Of a stretch of 64,000 bases of DNA, positions 23,601-38,600 are shown piece after piece (positions within the stretch are counted from its first letter, which is position 1; each line of letters opens with the position of its first letter). The notes beneath the pieces are model-generated. The model was not told where the DNA came from, did not search any database, and worked only from the letters and a program-made list of their open reading frames with translations. The DNA is from Phyllobates terribilis (lineage: Eukaryota): the NCBI RefSeq assembly GCF_046119375.1, contig NW_027362764.1, forward strand, positions 772,644,001-772,708,000. Direction: 5' to 3'. The position numbers were made by a program, and so were the translations under genes.

Positions 23601-26600
23601 GCAGTATTATCTTAGTTATATTCTTGTACATAGGGGGCAGTATTATAGTAGTTAAATTCTTGTACATAGGAGCAGTATTATAGTAGTTATATTCATGTAC
23701 ATAGGGGCAGTATTATAGTAGTTATATTCTTGTACATAGGGAGCAGTATTATAGTAGTTATATTCTTGTACATAGGGAGCAGTATTATAGTAGCTATATT
23801 CTTGTACATATGAACAGTATTATAGTAGTTATATTATTGTACATAGGGGGCAGTATTATAGTAGTTATTTTCTTGTACATATGAGCAGTATTATAGTAGT
23901 TATATTCTTGTACATGGGGAAAGTATTATAGTAGTTATATTTTTGTACATAGGAGCAGTATTATAGTAGTTATATTGTTGTACATAGGGGCAGTATTATA
24001 GTAGTTATATTCTTGTACATAGGGGCAGTATTATAGTAGTTATATTCTTGTACATAGGGGACAGTATTATAGTAGTTATATTCTTGTACATAGGGGGCAG
24101 TATTATAGTAGTTATATTCTTGTACATAGGGGACAGTATTATAGTAGTTATATTCCTGTACATAGGGGGCAGTATTATAATAGTTATATTCTTGTACATA
24201 GGAGAAGTATTATAGTAGTTATATTCTTCTACATAGGGGGCAGTATTATAATAGTTATATTCTTGTACATAGGAGAAGTATTATAGTAGTTATATTCTTG
24301 TACATAGGAGCAGTATAATAGTAGTTATATTCTTGTACATAGGGAGCAGTATTATAGTAGTTATATTCTTGTACATAGGGGGCAGTATTACAGTAGTTAT
24401 ATTCTTGTACATAGGAGCAGTATTATAGTAGTTATATTCTTGTACATAGGGGCAGTATTATAGTAGTTATATTCGTGTACATAGGAGGCAGTATTATAGT
24501 AGTTATATTCTTGTACATAGGAGCAGTACTACAGTAGTTATATTCTTGTACATAGGAGCACTATTATAGTAGTTATATTCTTGTACATAGGATCAGTATT
24601 ATATTAGTTATATTCTTGTACATAGGGAGCAGTATTATAGTAGTTATATTCCTGTACATAGGAGCACTATTATAGTAGTTATATTATTGTACATAGGAGC
24701 ACTATTATAGTAGTTATATTATTGTACATAGGAGCATTATTATATTAGTTATATTCTTGTACATAGGGGGCAGTATTATAGTACTTACATTCTTGTACAT
24801 AGGAGCAGTATTACAGTAGTTATATTCTTGTACATAGGGGGCAGTATTATAGTAGTTATATTCTTGTACATAGGGGCAGTATTATAGTAGTTATATTCTT
24901 GTACATAGGGGGCAGTATTATAATAGTTATATTCTTGTAGATAGGAGCAGTATTATAGTAGTTATATTCTTGTACATAGGGGGCAGTAATATAATAGTTA
25001 TATTCTTGTACATAGGAGAAGTATTATAGTAGTTATATTCTTGTACATAGGAGCAGTATTATAGTAGTTATATTCTTGTACATAGGGGGCAGTATTATAG
25101 TAGTTATATTCTTGTACATAGGAGCAGTATTATAGTAGTTATATTCTTGTACATAGGGGCAGTATTATATTAGTTATATTATTATACATAGGGGGCAGTA
25201 TTATAGTAGTTATATTCTTGTACATAGGAGCAGTATTATAGTAGTTATATTCTTGTACATAGGGGCAGTGTTATAGTAGTTAAATTCTTGTACATAGGGG
25301 GCAGTATTAAAATAGTTATATTCTTGTACATAGGAGCAGTATTATAGTAGTTATATTCTTGTACATAGGAGCAGTATTATAGTAGTTATATTCTTGTACA
25401 TAGGAGCACTATTATAGTAGTTATATTCTTGTACATGGGAGCAGTATTATATTAGTTATATTCTTGAACATAGGGGCAGTATTATAGTAGTTATATTCTT
25501 GTACATAGGGGCAGTATTATAGTAGTTATATTCTTGTACATAGGAGCAGTACTATAGTAGTTATATTCTTGTACATAGGAGCAGCATTATATTAGTTATA
25601 TTCTTGTACATAGGGAGCAGTATTATAGTAGTTATATTCCTGTACATAGGAGCACTATTATAGTAGTTATATTATTGTACATAGGAGCACTATTATAGTA
25701 GTTATATTATTGTACATAGGAGCATTATTATATTAGTTATATTCTTGTACATAGGGGCAGTATTATAGTAGTTATATTCTTGTACATAGAAGCAGTAGTA
25801 TAGTAGTTATATTCTTGTACATAGGAGCAGTATTATAGTAGTTAGATTCTTGTACATAGGAGCAGTATTATAGTAGTTATATTCTTGTACATAGGGGGCA
25901 GTATTTTAGTAGTTATATTCTTGTACATAGGGACAGTATTATAGTAGTCATATTTTTGTACATAGAGGGCAGCATTATAGTAGATATATTCTTGTACATA
26001 GGAGGCAGTATTATAGTAGTTATATTCTTGTACATAGGGGCAGTATTATAGTAGTTATATTATTGTACATAGGAGCAGTATTATAGTAGTTATAGTCTTG
26101 TACATAGGAGCAGTATTATAGTAGTTATATTCTTGTTCATAGGGGCAGTATTATAGTAGTTGTTATATGCTAGTACATAGGGACAGTATTATAGTAGTTA
26201 TATTTTTGTACATAGGGGGTAGTATTATAGTAGTTATATTCTTGTACATAGGGGCAGTATTATAGTAGTTATATTTTTGTACATAGGAGCAGTACTATAG
26301 TAGTTATATTCTTGTACATAGGAGCAGTATTATGGTAGTTATATTCTTGTACATAGGGGCAGTGTTATAGTAGTTATATTCTTGTACATAGGGGGCACTA
26401 TTATAATAGTTATATTCTTGTACATAGGAGCAGTATTATAGTAGTTATATTCTTGTACATACGAGCAGTATTATAGTAGTTATATTCTTGTACATAGGAG
26501 CACTATTATAGTAGTTATATTCTTGTACATAGGAGCAGTATTATATTAGTTATATTCTTGAACATATGGGCAGTATTATAGTAGTTATATTCTTCTACAT

Positions 26601-29600
26601 AGGGGCAGTATTATAGTAGTTATATTCTTGTACATAGGAGCAGTACTATAGTAGTTATATTCTTGTACATAGGAGCAGTATTATATTAGTTATATTCTTA
26701 TACATAGGGAGCAGTATTATAGTAGTTATATTCTTGTACATAGGAGCAGTATTATATTAGTTATATTCTTGTACATAGGGAGCAGTATTATAGTAGTTAT
26801 ATTCCTGTACATAGGAGCACCATTATAGTAGTTATATTATTGTACATAGGAGCACTATTATAGTAGTTATATTATTGTACATAGGAGCATTATTATATTA
26901 GTTATATTCTTGTACATAGGGGCAGTATTATAGTAGTTATATTCTTGTACATAGAAGCAGTATTATAGTAGTTATATTCTTGTACATAAGAGCAGTATTA
27001 TAGTAGTTATATTCTTGTACATAGGAGCAGTATTATAGTAGTTATATTCTTGTACATAGGGGGCAGTATTATAGTAGTTATATTCTTGTACATAGGGACA
27101 GTACTATAGTAGTTATATTTTTGTACATAGAGGGCAGCATTATAGTAGATATATTCTTGTACATAGGAGGCAGTATTATAGTAGTTATATTCTTGTACAT
27201 AGGGGCAGTATTATAGTAGTTATATTCTTGTACATAGGAGCAGTATTATAGTAGTTATAGTCTTGTACATAGGAGCAGTATTATAGTAGTTATATTCTTG
27301 TTCATAGGGGCAGTATTATAGTAGTTGTTATATGCTAGTACATAGGGACAGTATTATAGTAGTTATATTTTTGTACATAGGGGGTAGTATTATAGTAGTT
27401 ATATTCTTGTACATAGGGGCAGTATTATAGTAGTTATATTTTTGTACATAGGAGCAGTACTATAGTAGTTATATTCTTGTACATAGTAGCAGTATTATAG
27501 TAGTTATATTCTTGTACATACGAGCAGTATTATAGTAGTTATATTCTTGTACATAGGAGCAGTATTATAGTAGTTATATTCTTGTACATAGGAGCAGTAT
27601 TATATTAGTTATATTCTTGTACATAGGGAGCAGTATTATAGTAGTTATATTCCTGTACATAGGAGCACTATTATAGTAGTTATATTATTGTACATAGGAG
27701 CACTATTATAGTAGTTATATTATTGTACATATGAGCATTATTATATTAGTTATATTCTTCTACATTGGGGCAGTATTATAGTAGTTATATTCTTGTACAT
27801 AGGAGCAGTACTATAGTAGTTAGATTCTTGTACATAGGAGCAGTATTATAGTAGTTATATTCTTGTACATAGGGGCAGTATTATAGTAGTTATATTCTTG
27901 TACATAGGGAGCAGTATTATAGTAGTTATATTCCTGTACATAGGAGCACTATTATAGTAGATATATTATTGTACAAAGGAGCACTATTATAGTAGTTATA
28001 TTATTGTACATAGGAGCATTATTATATTAGTTATATTCTTGTACATTGGGGCAGTATTAAAGTAGATATATTCTTGTACATAGGAGCAGTACTATAGTAG
28101 TTATATTCTTGCACATAGGAGCAGTATTATAGTAGTTATATTTTTGTACATAGGGGCAGTATTATAGCAGTTATAGTCTTGTACATAGGAGCAGTATTAC
28201 AGTAGTTTTATTCTTGTACATAGGGGGCAGTATTATAGTAGTTATATTCTTGTACATAGGGGCAGTATTATAGTAGTTATATTCTTGTACATAGGAGCAG
28301 TATTATAGTAGTTATAATCTTGTACATAGGGGCAGTATTATATTAGTTATATTCTTGTACATAGGGGGCAGTATTATAGTAGTTATATTCTTGTACATAG
28401 GAGCAGTATTATAGTAGTTATATTCATGTACATAGGGGCAGTATTATAGTAGTTATATTCTTGTACATAGGGAGCAGTATTATAGTAGTTATATTCTTGT
28501 ACATAGGGAGCAGTATTATAGTAGTTATAATCTTGTACATAGGGGCAGTATTATATTAGTTATATTCTTTTACATAGGGGGCAGTATTATAGTAGTTATA
28601 TTCTTGTACATAGGAGCAGTATTATAGTAGTTATATTCATGTACATAGGGGCAGTATTATAGTAGTTATATTCTTGTACATAGGGAGCAGTATTATAGTA
28701 GTTATATTCTTGTACATAGGAGCAGTATTATAGTAGTTATATTGTTGTACATAGGGGCAGTATTATAGTAGTTATATTCTTGTACATAGGGGCAGTATTA
28801 TAGTAGTTATATTCTTGTACATAGGGGACAGTATTATAGTAGTTATATTCTTGTACATAGGGGGCAGTATTATAGTAGTTATATTCTTGTACATAGGGGA
28901 CAGTATTATAGTAGTTATATTCCTGTACATAAGGGGCAGTATTATAATAGTTATATTCTTGTACATAGGAGCAGTATTATAGTAGTTATATTCTTCTACA
29001 TAGGGGGCAGTATTATAATAGTTATATTATTGTACATAGGAGAAGTATTATACTAGTTATATTCTTGTACATAGGAGCAGTATTATAGTAGTTATATTCT
29101 TGTACATAGGGAGCAGTATTATAGTAGTTATATTCTTGTACATAGGGGGCAGTATTACAGTAGTTATATTCTTGTACATAGGAGCAGTATTATAGTAGTT
29201 ATATTCTTGTACATAGGGGCAGTATTATAGTAGTTATATTCGTGTACATAGGGGGCAGTATTATAGTAGTTATATTCTTGTACATAGGAGCAGTACTATA
29301 GTAGTTATATTCTTGTACATAGGAGCACTAATATAGTAGTTATATTCTTGTACATAGGATCAGTATTATATTAGTTATATTCTTGTACATAGGGAGCAGT
29401 ATTATAGTAGTTATATTCCTGTACATAGGAACACTATTATAGTAGTTATATTATTGTACATAGGAGCACTATTATAGTAGTTATATTATTGTACATAGGA
29501 GCATTATTATATTAGTTATATTCTTGTACATAGGGGGCAGTATTATAGTACTTATATTCTTGTACATAGGAGCAGTATTACAGTAGTTATATTCTTGTAC

Positions 29601-32600
29601 ATAGGGGGCAGTATTATAGTAGTTATATTCTTGTACATAGGGGCAGTATTATAGTAGTTATATTCTTGTACATAGGGGGCAGTATTATAATAGTTATATT
29701 CTTGTACATAGGAGCAGTATTATAGTAGTTATATTCTTGTACATAGGAGGCAGTAATATAATAGTTATATTCTTGTACATAGGAGAAGTATTATAGTAGT
29801 TATATTCTTGTACATAGGAGCAGTATTATAGTAGTTATATTCTTGTACATAGGGGGCAGTATTATAGTAGTTATATTCTTGTACATAGGAGCAGTATTAT
29901 AGTAGTTATATTCTTGTACATAGGGGCAGTATTATATTAGTTATATTCTTATACATAGGGGGCAGTATTATAGTAGTTATATTCTTGTACATAGGAGCAG
30001 TATTATAGTAGTTATATTCTTGTACATAGGGGCAGTGTTATAGTAGTTATATTCTTGTACATAGGGGGCAGTATTATAATAGTTATATTCTTGTACATAG
30101 GAGCAGTATTATAGTAGTTATATTCTTGTACATAGGAGCAGTATTATAGTAGTTATATTCTTGTACACAGGAGCAATATTATAGTAGTTATATTCTTGTA
30201 CATAGGAGCAGTATTATATTAGTTATATTCTTGAACATAGGGGCAGTATTTTAGTAGTTATATTCTTGTACATAGGGGCAGTATTATAGTAGTTATATTC
30301 TTGTACATAGGAGCAGTACTATAGTAGTTATATTCTTGTACATAGGAGCAGTATTATATTAGTTATATTCTTATACATAGGGAGCAGTATTATAGTAGTT
30401 ATATTCTTGTACATAGGAGCAGTATTATATTAGTTATATTCTTGTACATAGGGAGCAGTATTATAGTACTTATATTCCTGTACATAGGAGCACTATTATA
30501 GTAGTTATATTATTGTACATAGGAGCACTATTATAGTAGTTATATTATTGTACATAGGAGCATTATTATATTAGTTATATTCTTGTACATAGGGGCAGTA
30601 TTATAGTAGTTATATTCTTGTACATAGAAGCAGTATTATAGTAGTTATATTCTTGTACATAGGAGCAGTATTATAGTAGTTAGATTCTTGTACATAGGAG
30701 CAGTATTATAGTAGTTATATTCTTGTACATAGGGGGCAGTATTATAGTAGTTATATTCTTGTACATATGGACAGTATTATAGTAGTCATATTTTTGTACA
30801 TAGAGGGCAGCATTATAGTAGATATATTCTTGTACATAGGAGGCAGTATTATAGTAGTTATATTCTTGTATATAGGAGCACTATTATAGTAGTTATATTC
30901 TTGTACATAGGAGCAGTATTATATTAGTTATAATCTTGAACATAGGGGCAGTATTATAGTAGTTATATTCTTGTACATAGGGGCAGTATTATAGTAGTTA
31001 TATTCTTGTACATAGGAGCAGTATTATAGTAGTTATATTCTTGTACATAGGGGGCAGTATTATAGTAGTTATATTCTTGTACATAGGGACAGTATTATAG
31101 TAGTTATATTTTTGTACATAGAGGGCAGCATTATAGTAGATATATTCTTGTACAAAGGAGGCAGTATTATAGTAGTTATATTCTTGTACATAGGGGCAGT
31201 ATTATAGTAGTTATATTCTTGTACATAGGAGCAGTATTATAGTAGTTATAGTCTTGTACATAGGAGCAGTATTATAGTAGTTATATTCTTGTTCATAGGG
31301 GCAGTATTATAGTAGTTGTTATATGCTAGTACATAGGGACAGTATTATAGTAGTTATAATTTTGTACATAGGGGGTAGTATTATAGTAGTTATATTCCTG
31401 TACATAGGGGCAGTATTATAGTAGTTATATTTTTGTACATAGCAGCAGTACTATAGTAGTTATATTCTTGTACATAGGAGCAGTATTATCGTAGTTATAT
31501 TCTTGTACATAGGAGCAGTATTATATTAGTTATATTCTTGTACATAGGGAGCAGTATTATAGTAGTTATATTCCTGTACATAGGAGCACTATTATAGTAG
31601 TTATATTATTGTACATAGGAGCACTATTATAGTAGTTATATTATTGTACATAGGAGCATTATTATATTAGTTATATTCTTGTACATTGGGGCAGTATTAT
31701 AGTAGTTATATTCTTGTACATAGGAGCAGTACTATAGTAGTTAGATTCTTGTACATAGGAGCAGTATTATAGTAGTTATAATCTTGTACATAGGGGGCAG
31801 TATTATAGTAGTTATATTCTTGTACATAGGGAGCAGTATTATAGTAGTTATATTCCTGTACATAGGAGCACTATTATAGTAGTTATATTATTGTACATAG
31901 GAGCACTATTATAGTAGTTATATTATTGTACATAGGAGCATTATTATATTAGTTATATTCTTGTACATTGGGGCAGTATTAAAGTAGATATATTCTTGTA
32001 CATAGGAGCAGTACTATAGTAGTTATATTCTTGCACATAGGAGCACTATTATAGTAGTTATATTATTGTACATAGGAGCATTATTATATTAGTTATATTC
32101 TTGTACATTGGGGCAGTATTAAAGTAGATATATTCTTGTACATAGGAGCAGTACTATAGTAGTTATATTCTTGCACATAGGAGCAGTATTATAGTAGTTA
32201 TATTTTTGTACATAGGGACAGTATTATAATAGTTATATTCTTGTACATAGGAGCAGTATTATAGTAGTTATATTCTTGTACATAGGGGGCAGTATTATAA
32301 TAGTTATATTCTTGTACATAGGAGAAGCATTATAGTAGTTATATTCTTGTACATAGGAGCAGTATTATAGAAGTTATATTCTTGTACATAGGGAGCAGTA
32401 TTATAGTAGTTATATTCTTGTACATAGGGGGCAGTATTATAGTAGTTATATTCTTGTACATAGGAGCAGTATTATAGTAGTTATATTCTTGTACATAGGG
32501 GCAGTATTATAGTAGTTATATTCTTGTACATAGGAGCAGTATTATAGTAGTTATATTCTTGTACATAGAGGCAGTATTATAGTAGTTATATTCTTGTACA

Positions 32601-35600
32601 TAGGGGGCAGTATTATAATAGTTATATTCTTGTACATAGGAGCAGTATTATAGTAGTTATATTCTTGTACATAGGAGCAGTATTAGAGTAGTTATATTCT
32701 TGTACATAGGAGCACTATTATAGTAGTTATATTCTTGTACATAGGAGCAGTATTATATTAGTTATATTCTTGAACATAGGGGCAGTATTATAGTAGTTAT
32801 ATTCTTGTACATAGGGGCAGTATTATAGTAGTTATATTCTTGTACATAGGAGCAGTACTATAGTAGTTATAATCTTGTACATAGGAGCACTATTATAGTA
32901 GTTATATTATTGTACATAGGAGCACTATTATAGCAGTTATATTATTGCACATAGGAGCATTTTTATATTAGTTATATACTTGTACATAGGGGGCAGTATT
33001 ATAGTACTTATAGTCTTGTACATAGGAGCAGTATTACAGTAGTTTTATTCTTGTACATAGGGGGCACTATTATAGTAGTTATATTCTTGTACATAGGGGC
33101 AGTATTATAGTAGTTATATTCTTGTACATAGGGGGCAGTATTATAATAGTTATATTCTTGTACATAGGAGAAGTATTATAGTAGTTATATTCTTGTACAT
33201 AGGAGCAGTATTATAGTAGTTATATTCTTGTACATAGGGAGCAGTATTATAGTAGTTATATTCTTGTACATAGGGGGCAGTATTATAGTAGTTATATTCT
33301 TGTACATAGGAGCAGTATTATAGTAGTTATAATCTTGTACATAGGGGCAGTATTATATTAGTCATATTCTTGTACATAGGGGGCAGTATTATAGTAGTTA
33401 TATTCTTGTACATAGGAGCAGTATTTTAGTAGTTATATTCATGTACATAGGGGCAGTATTATAGTAGTTATATTCTTGTACATAGGGAGCAGTATTATAG
33501 TAGTTATATTCTTGTACATAGGGAGCAGTATTATAGTAGCTATATTCTTGTACATATGAACAGTATTATAGTAGTTATATTCTTGTACATAGGGGGCAGT
33601 ATTATAGTAGTTATATTCTTGTACATAGGAGCAGTATTATAGTAGTTATATTCTTGTACATAGGAGCAGTATTATAGTAGTTATATTCTTGTACATAGGG
33701 GGCAGTATTATAATAGTTATATTCTTGTACATAGGAGAAGCATTATAGTAGTTATATTCTTGTACATAGGAGCAGTATTATAGAAGTTATATTCTTGTAC
33801 ATAGGGAGCAGTATTATAGTAGTTATATTCTTGTACATAGGGGGCAGTATTATAGTAGTTATATTCTTGTACATAGGAGCAGTATTATAGTAGTTATATT
33901 CTTGTACATAGGGGCAGTATTATAGTAGTTATATTCTTGTACATAGGAGCAGTATTATAGTAGTTATATTCTTGTACATAGAGGCAGTATTATAGTAGTT
34001 ATATTCTTGTACATAGGGGGCAGTATTATAATAGTTATATTCTTGTACATAGGAGCAGTATTATAGTAGTTATATTCTTGTACATAGGAGCAGTATTAGA
34101 GTAGTTATATTCTTGTACATAGGAGCACTATTATAGTAGTTATATTCTTGTACATAGGAGCAGTATTATATTAGTTATATTCTTGAACATAGGGGCAGTA
34201 TTATAGTAGTTATATTCTTGTACATAGGGGCAGTATTATAGTAGTTATATTCTTGTACATAGGAGCAGTACTATAGTAGTTATAATCTTGTACATAGGAG
34301 CACTATTATAGTAGTTATATTATTGTACATAGGAGCACTATTATAGCAGTTATATTATTGCACATAGGAGCATTTTTATATTAGTTATATACTTGTACAT
34401 AGGGGGCAGTATTATAGTACTTATAGTCTTGTACATAGGAGCAGTATTACAGTAGTTTTATTCTTGTACATAGGGGGCACTATTATAGTAGTTATATTCT
34501 TGTACATAGGGGCAGTATTATAGTAGTTATATTCTTGTACATAGGGGGCAGTATTATAATAGTTATATTCTTGTACATAGGAGAAGTATTATAGTAGTTA
34601 TATTCTTGTACATAGGAGCAGTATTATAGTAGTTATATTCTTGTACATAGGGAGCAGTATTATAGTAGTTATATTCTTGTACATAGGGGGCAGTATTATA
34701 GTAGTTATATTCTTGTACATAGGAGCAGTATTATAGTAGTTATAATCTTGTACATAGGGGCAGTATTATATTAGTCATATTCTTGTACATAGGGGGCAGT
34801 ATTATAGTAGTTATATTCTTGTACATAGGAGCAGTATTTTAGTAGTTATATTCATGTACATAGGGGCAGTATTATAGTAGTTATATTCTTGTACATAGGG
34901 AGCAGTATTATAGTAGTTATATTCTTGTACATAGGGAGCAGTATTATAGTAGCTATATTCTTGTACATATGAACAGTATTATAGTAGTTATATTCTTGTA
35001 CATAGGGGGCAGTATTATAGTAGTTATATTCTTGTACATATGAGCAGTATTATAGTAGTTATATTCTTGTACATAGGAGGCAGTATTATAGTAGTTATAT
35101 TATTGTACATAGGAGCAGTATTATAGTAGTTATATTGTTGTACATAGGGGCAGTATTATAGTAGTTATATTCTTGTACATAGGGGCAGTATTATAGTAGT
35201 TATATTCTTGTACATAGGAGCAGTATTATATTAGTTATATTCTTGTACATAGGGAGCAGTATTATAGTATTTATATTCCTGTACATAGGCGCACTATTAT
35301 AGTAGTTATATTATTGTACATAGGAGCACTATTATAGTAGTTATATTATTGTACATAGGAGCATTATTATATTAGTTATATTCTTCTACATTGGGGCAGT
35401 ATTATAGTAGTTATATTCTTGTACATAGGAGCAGTACTATAGTAGTTAGATTCTTGTACATAGGAGCAGTATTATAGTAGTTATATTCTTGTACATAGGG
35501 GCAGTATTATAGTAGTTATATTCTTGTACATAGGGAGCAGTATTATAGTAGTTATATTCCTGTACATAGGAGCACTATTATAGTAGTTATATTATTGTAC

Positions 35601-38600
35601 ATAGGAGCACTATTATAGTAGTTATATTATTGTACATAGGAGCATTATTATATTAGTTATATTCTTGTACATTGGGGCAGTATTAAAGTAGATATATTCT
35701 TGTACATAGGAGCAGTACTATAGTAGTTATATTCTTGCACATAGGAGCAGTATTATAGTAGTTATATTTTTGTACATAGGGGCAGTATTATAGCAGTTAT
35801 ATTCTGGTACATAGGGGGCAGTATTATAATAGTTATATTCTTGTACATAGGAGCAGTATTATAGTAGTTATATTCTTGTACATAGGGGGCAGTATTATAA
35901 TAGTTATATTCTTGTACATAGGAGAAGCATTATAGTACTTATATTCTTGTACATAGGAGCAGTATTATAGAAGTTATATTCTTGTACATAGGGAGCAGTA
36001 TTATAGTAGTTATATTCTTGTACATAGGGGGCAGTATTATAGTAGTTATATTCTTGTACATAGGAGCAGTATTATAGTAGTTATATTCTTGTACATAGGG
36101 GCAGTATTATAGTAGTTATATTCTTGTACATAGGAGCAGTATTATAGTAGTTATATTCTTGTACATAGAGGCAGTATTATAGTAGTTATATTCTTGTACA
36201 TAGGGGGCAGTATTATAATAGTTATATTCTTGTACATAGGAGCAGTATTATAGTAGTTATATTCTTGTACATAGGAGCAGTATTATAGTAGTTATATTCT
36301 TGTACATAGGAGCACTATTATAGTAGTTATATTCTTGTACATAGGAGCAGTATTATATTAGTTATATTCTTGAACATAGGGGCAGTATTATAGTAGTTAT
36401 ATTCTTGTACATAGGGGCAGTATTATAGTAGTTATATTCTTGTACATAGGGGGCAGTATTATAGTAGTTATATTCCTGTACATAGGAGCAGTATTATAGT
36501 AGTTATAATCTTGTACATAGGAGCACTATTATAGTAGTTATATTATTGTACATAGGAGCACTATTATAGTAGTTATATTATTGCACATAGGAGTATTTTT
36601 ATATTAGTTATATACTTGTACATAGGGGGCAGTATTATAGTACTTATAGTCTTGTACATAGGAGCAGTATTACAGTAGTTTTATTCTTGTACATAGGGGG
36701 CAGTATTATAGTAGTTATATTCTTGTACATAGGGGCAGTATTATAGTAGTTATATTCTTGTACATAGGGGGCAGTATTATAATAGTTATATTCTTGTACA
36801 TAGGAGAAGTATTATAGTAGTTATATTCTTGTACATAGGAGCAGTATTATAGTAGTTATATTCTTGTACATAGGGAGCAGTATTATAGTAGTTATATTCT
36901 AGTACATAGGGGGCAGTATTATAGTAGTTATATTCTTGTACATAGGAGCAGTATTATAGTAGTTATAATCTTGTACATAGGGGCAGTATTATATTAGTTA
37001 TATTCTTGTACATAGGGGGCAGTATTATAGTAGTTATATTCTTGTACATAGGAGCAGTATTATAGTAGTTATATTCATGTACATAGGGGCAGTATTATAG
37101 TAGTTATATTCTTGTACATAGGGAGCAGTATTATAGTAGTTATATTCTTGTACATAGGGAGCAGTATTATAGTAGTTATAATCTTGTACATAGGGGCAGT
37201 ATTATATTAGTTATATTCTTTTACATAGGGGGCAGTATTATAGTAGTTATATTCTTGTACATAGGAGCAGTATTATAGTAGTTATATTCATGTACATAGG
37301 GGCAGTATTATAGTAGTTATATTCTTGTACATAGGGAGCAGTATTATAGTAGTTATATTCTTGTACATAGGAGCAGTATTATAGTAGTTATATTGTTGTA
37401 CATAGGGGCAGTATTATAGTAGTTATATTCTTGTACATAGGGGCAGTATTATAGTAGTTATATTCTTGTACATAGGGGACAGTATTATAGTAGTTATATT
37501 CTTGTACATAGGGGGCAGTATTATAGTAGTTATATTCTTGTACATAGGGGACAGTATTATAGTAGTTATATTCCTGTACATAAGGGGCAGTATTATAATA
37601 GTTATATTCTTGTACATAGGAGCAGTATTATAGTAGTTATATTCTTCTACATAGGGGGCAGTATTATAATAGTTATATTATTGTACATAGGAGAAGTATT
37701 ATACTAGTTATATTCTTGTACATAGGAGCAGTATTATAGTAGTTATATTCTTGTACATAGGGAGCAGTATTATAGTAGTTATATTCTTGTACATAGGGGG
37801 CAGTATTACAGTAGTTATATTCTTGTACATAGGAGCAGTATTATAGTAGTTATATTCTTGTACATAGGGGCAGTATTATAGTAGTTATATTCGTGTACAT
37901 AGGGGGCAGTATTATAGTAGTTATATTCTTGTACATAGGAGCAGTACTATAGTAGTTATATTCTTGTACATAGGAGCACTAATATAGTAGTTATATTCTT
38001 GTACATAGGATCAGTATTATATTAGTTATATTCTTGTACATAGGGAGCAGTATTATAGTAGTTATATTCCTGTACATAGGAACACTATTATAGTAGTTAT
38101 ATTATTGTACATAGGAGCACTATTATAGTAGTTATATTATTGTACATAGCAGCATTATTATATTAGTTATATTCTTGTACATAGGGGGCAGTATTATAGT
38201 ACTTATATTCTTGTACATAGGAGCAGTATTACAGTAGTTATATTCTTGTACATAGGGGGCAGTATTATAGTAGTTATATTCTTGTACATAGGGGCAGTAT
38301 TATAGTAGTTATATTCTTGTACATAGGGGGCAGTATTATAATAGTTATATTCTTGTACATAGGAGCAGTATTATAGTAGTTATATTCTTGTACATAGGAG
38401 GCAGTAATATAATAGTTATATTCTTGTACATAGGAGAAGTATTATAGTAGTTATATTCTTGTACATAGGAGCAGTATTATAGTAGTTATATTCTTGTACA
38501 TAGGGGGCAGTATTATAGTAGTTATATTCTTGTACATAGGAGCAGTATTATAGTAGTTATATTCTTGTACATAGGGGCAGTATTATATTAGTTATATTCT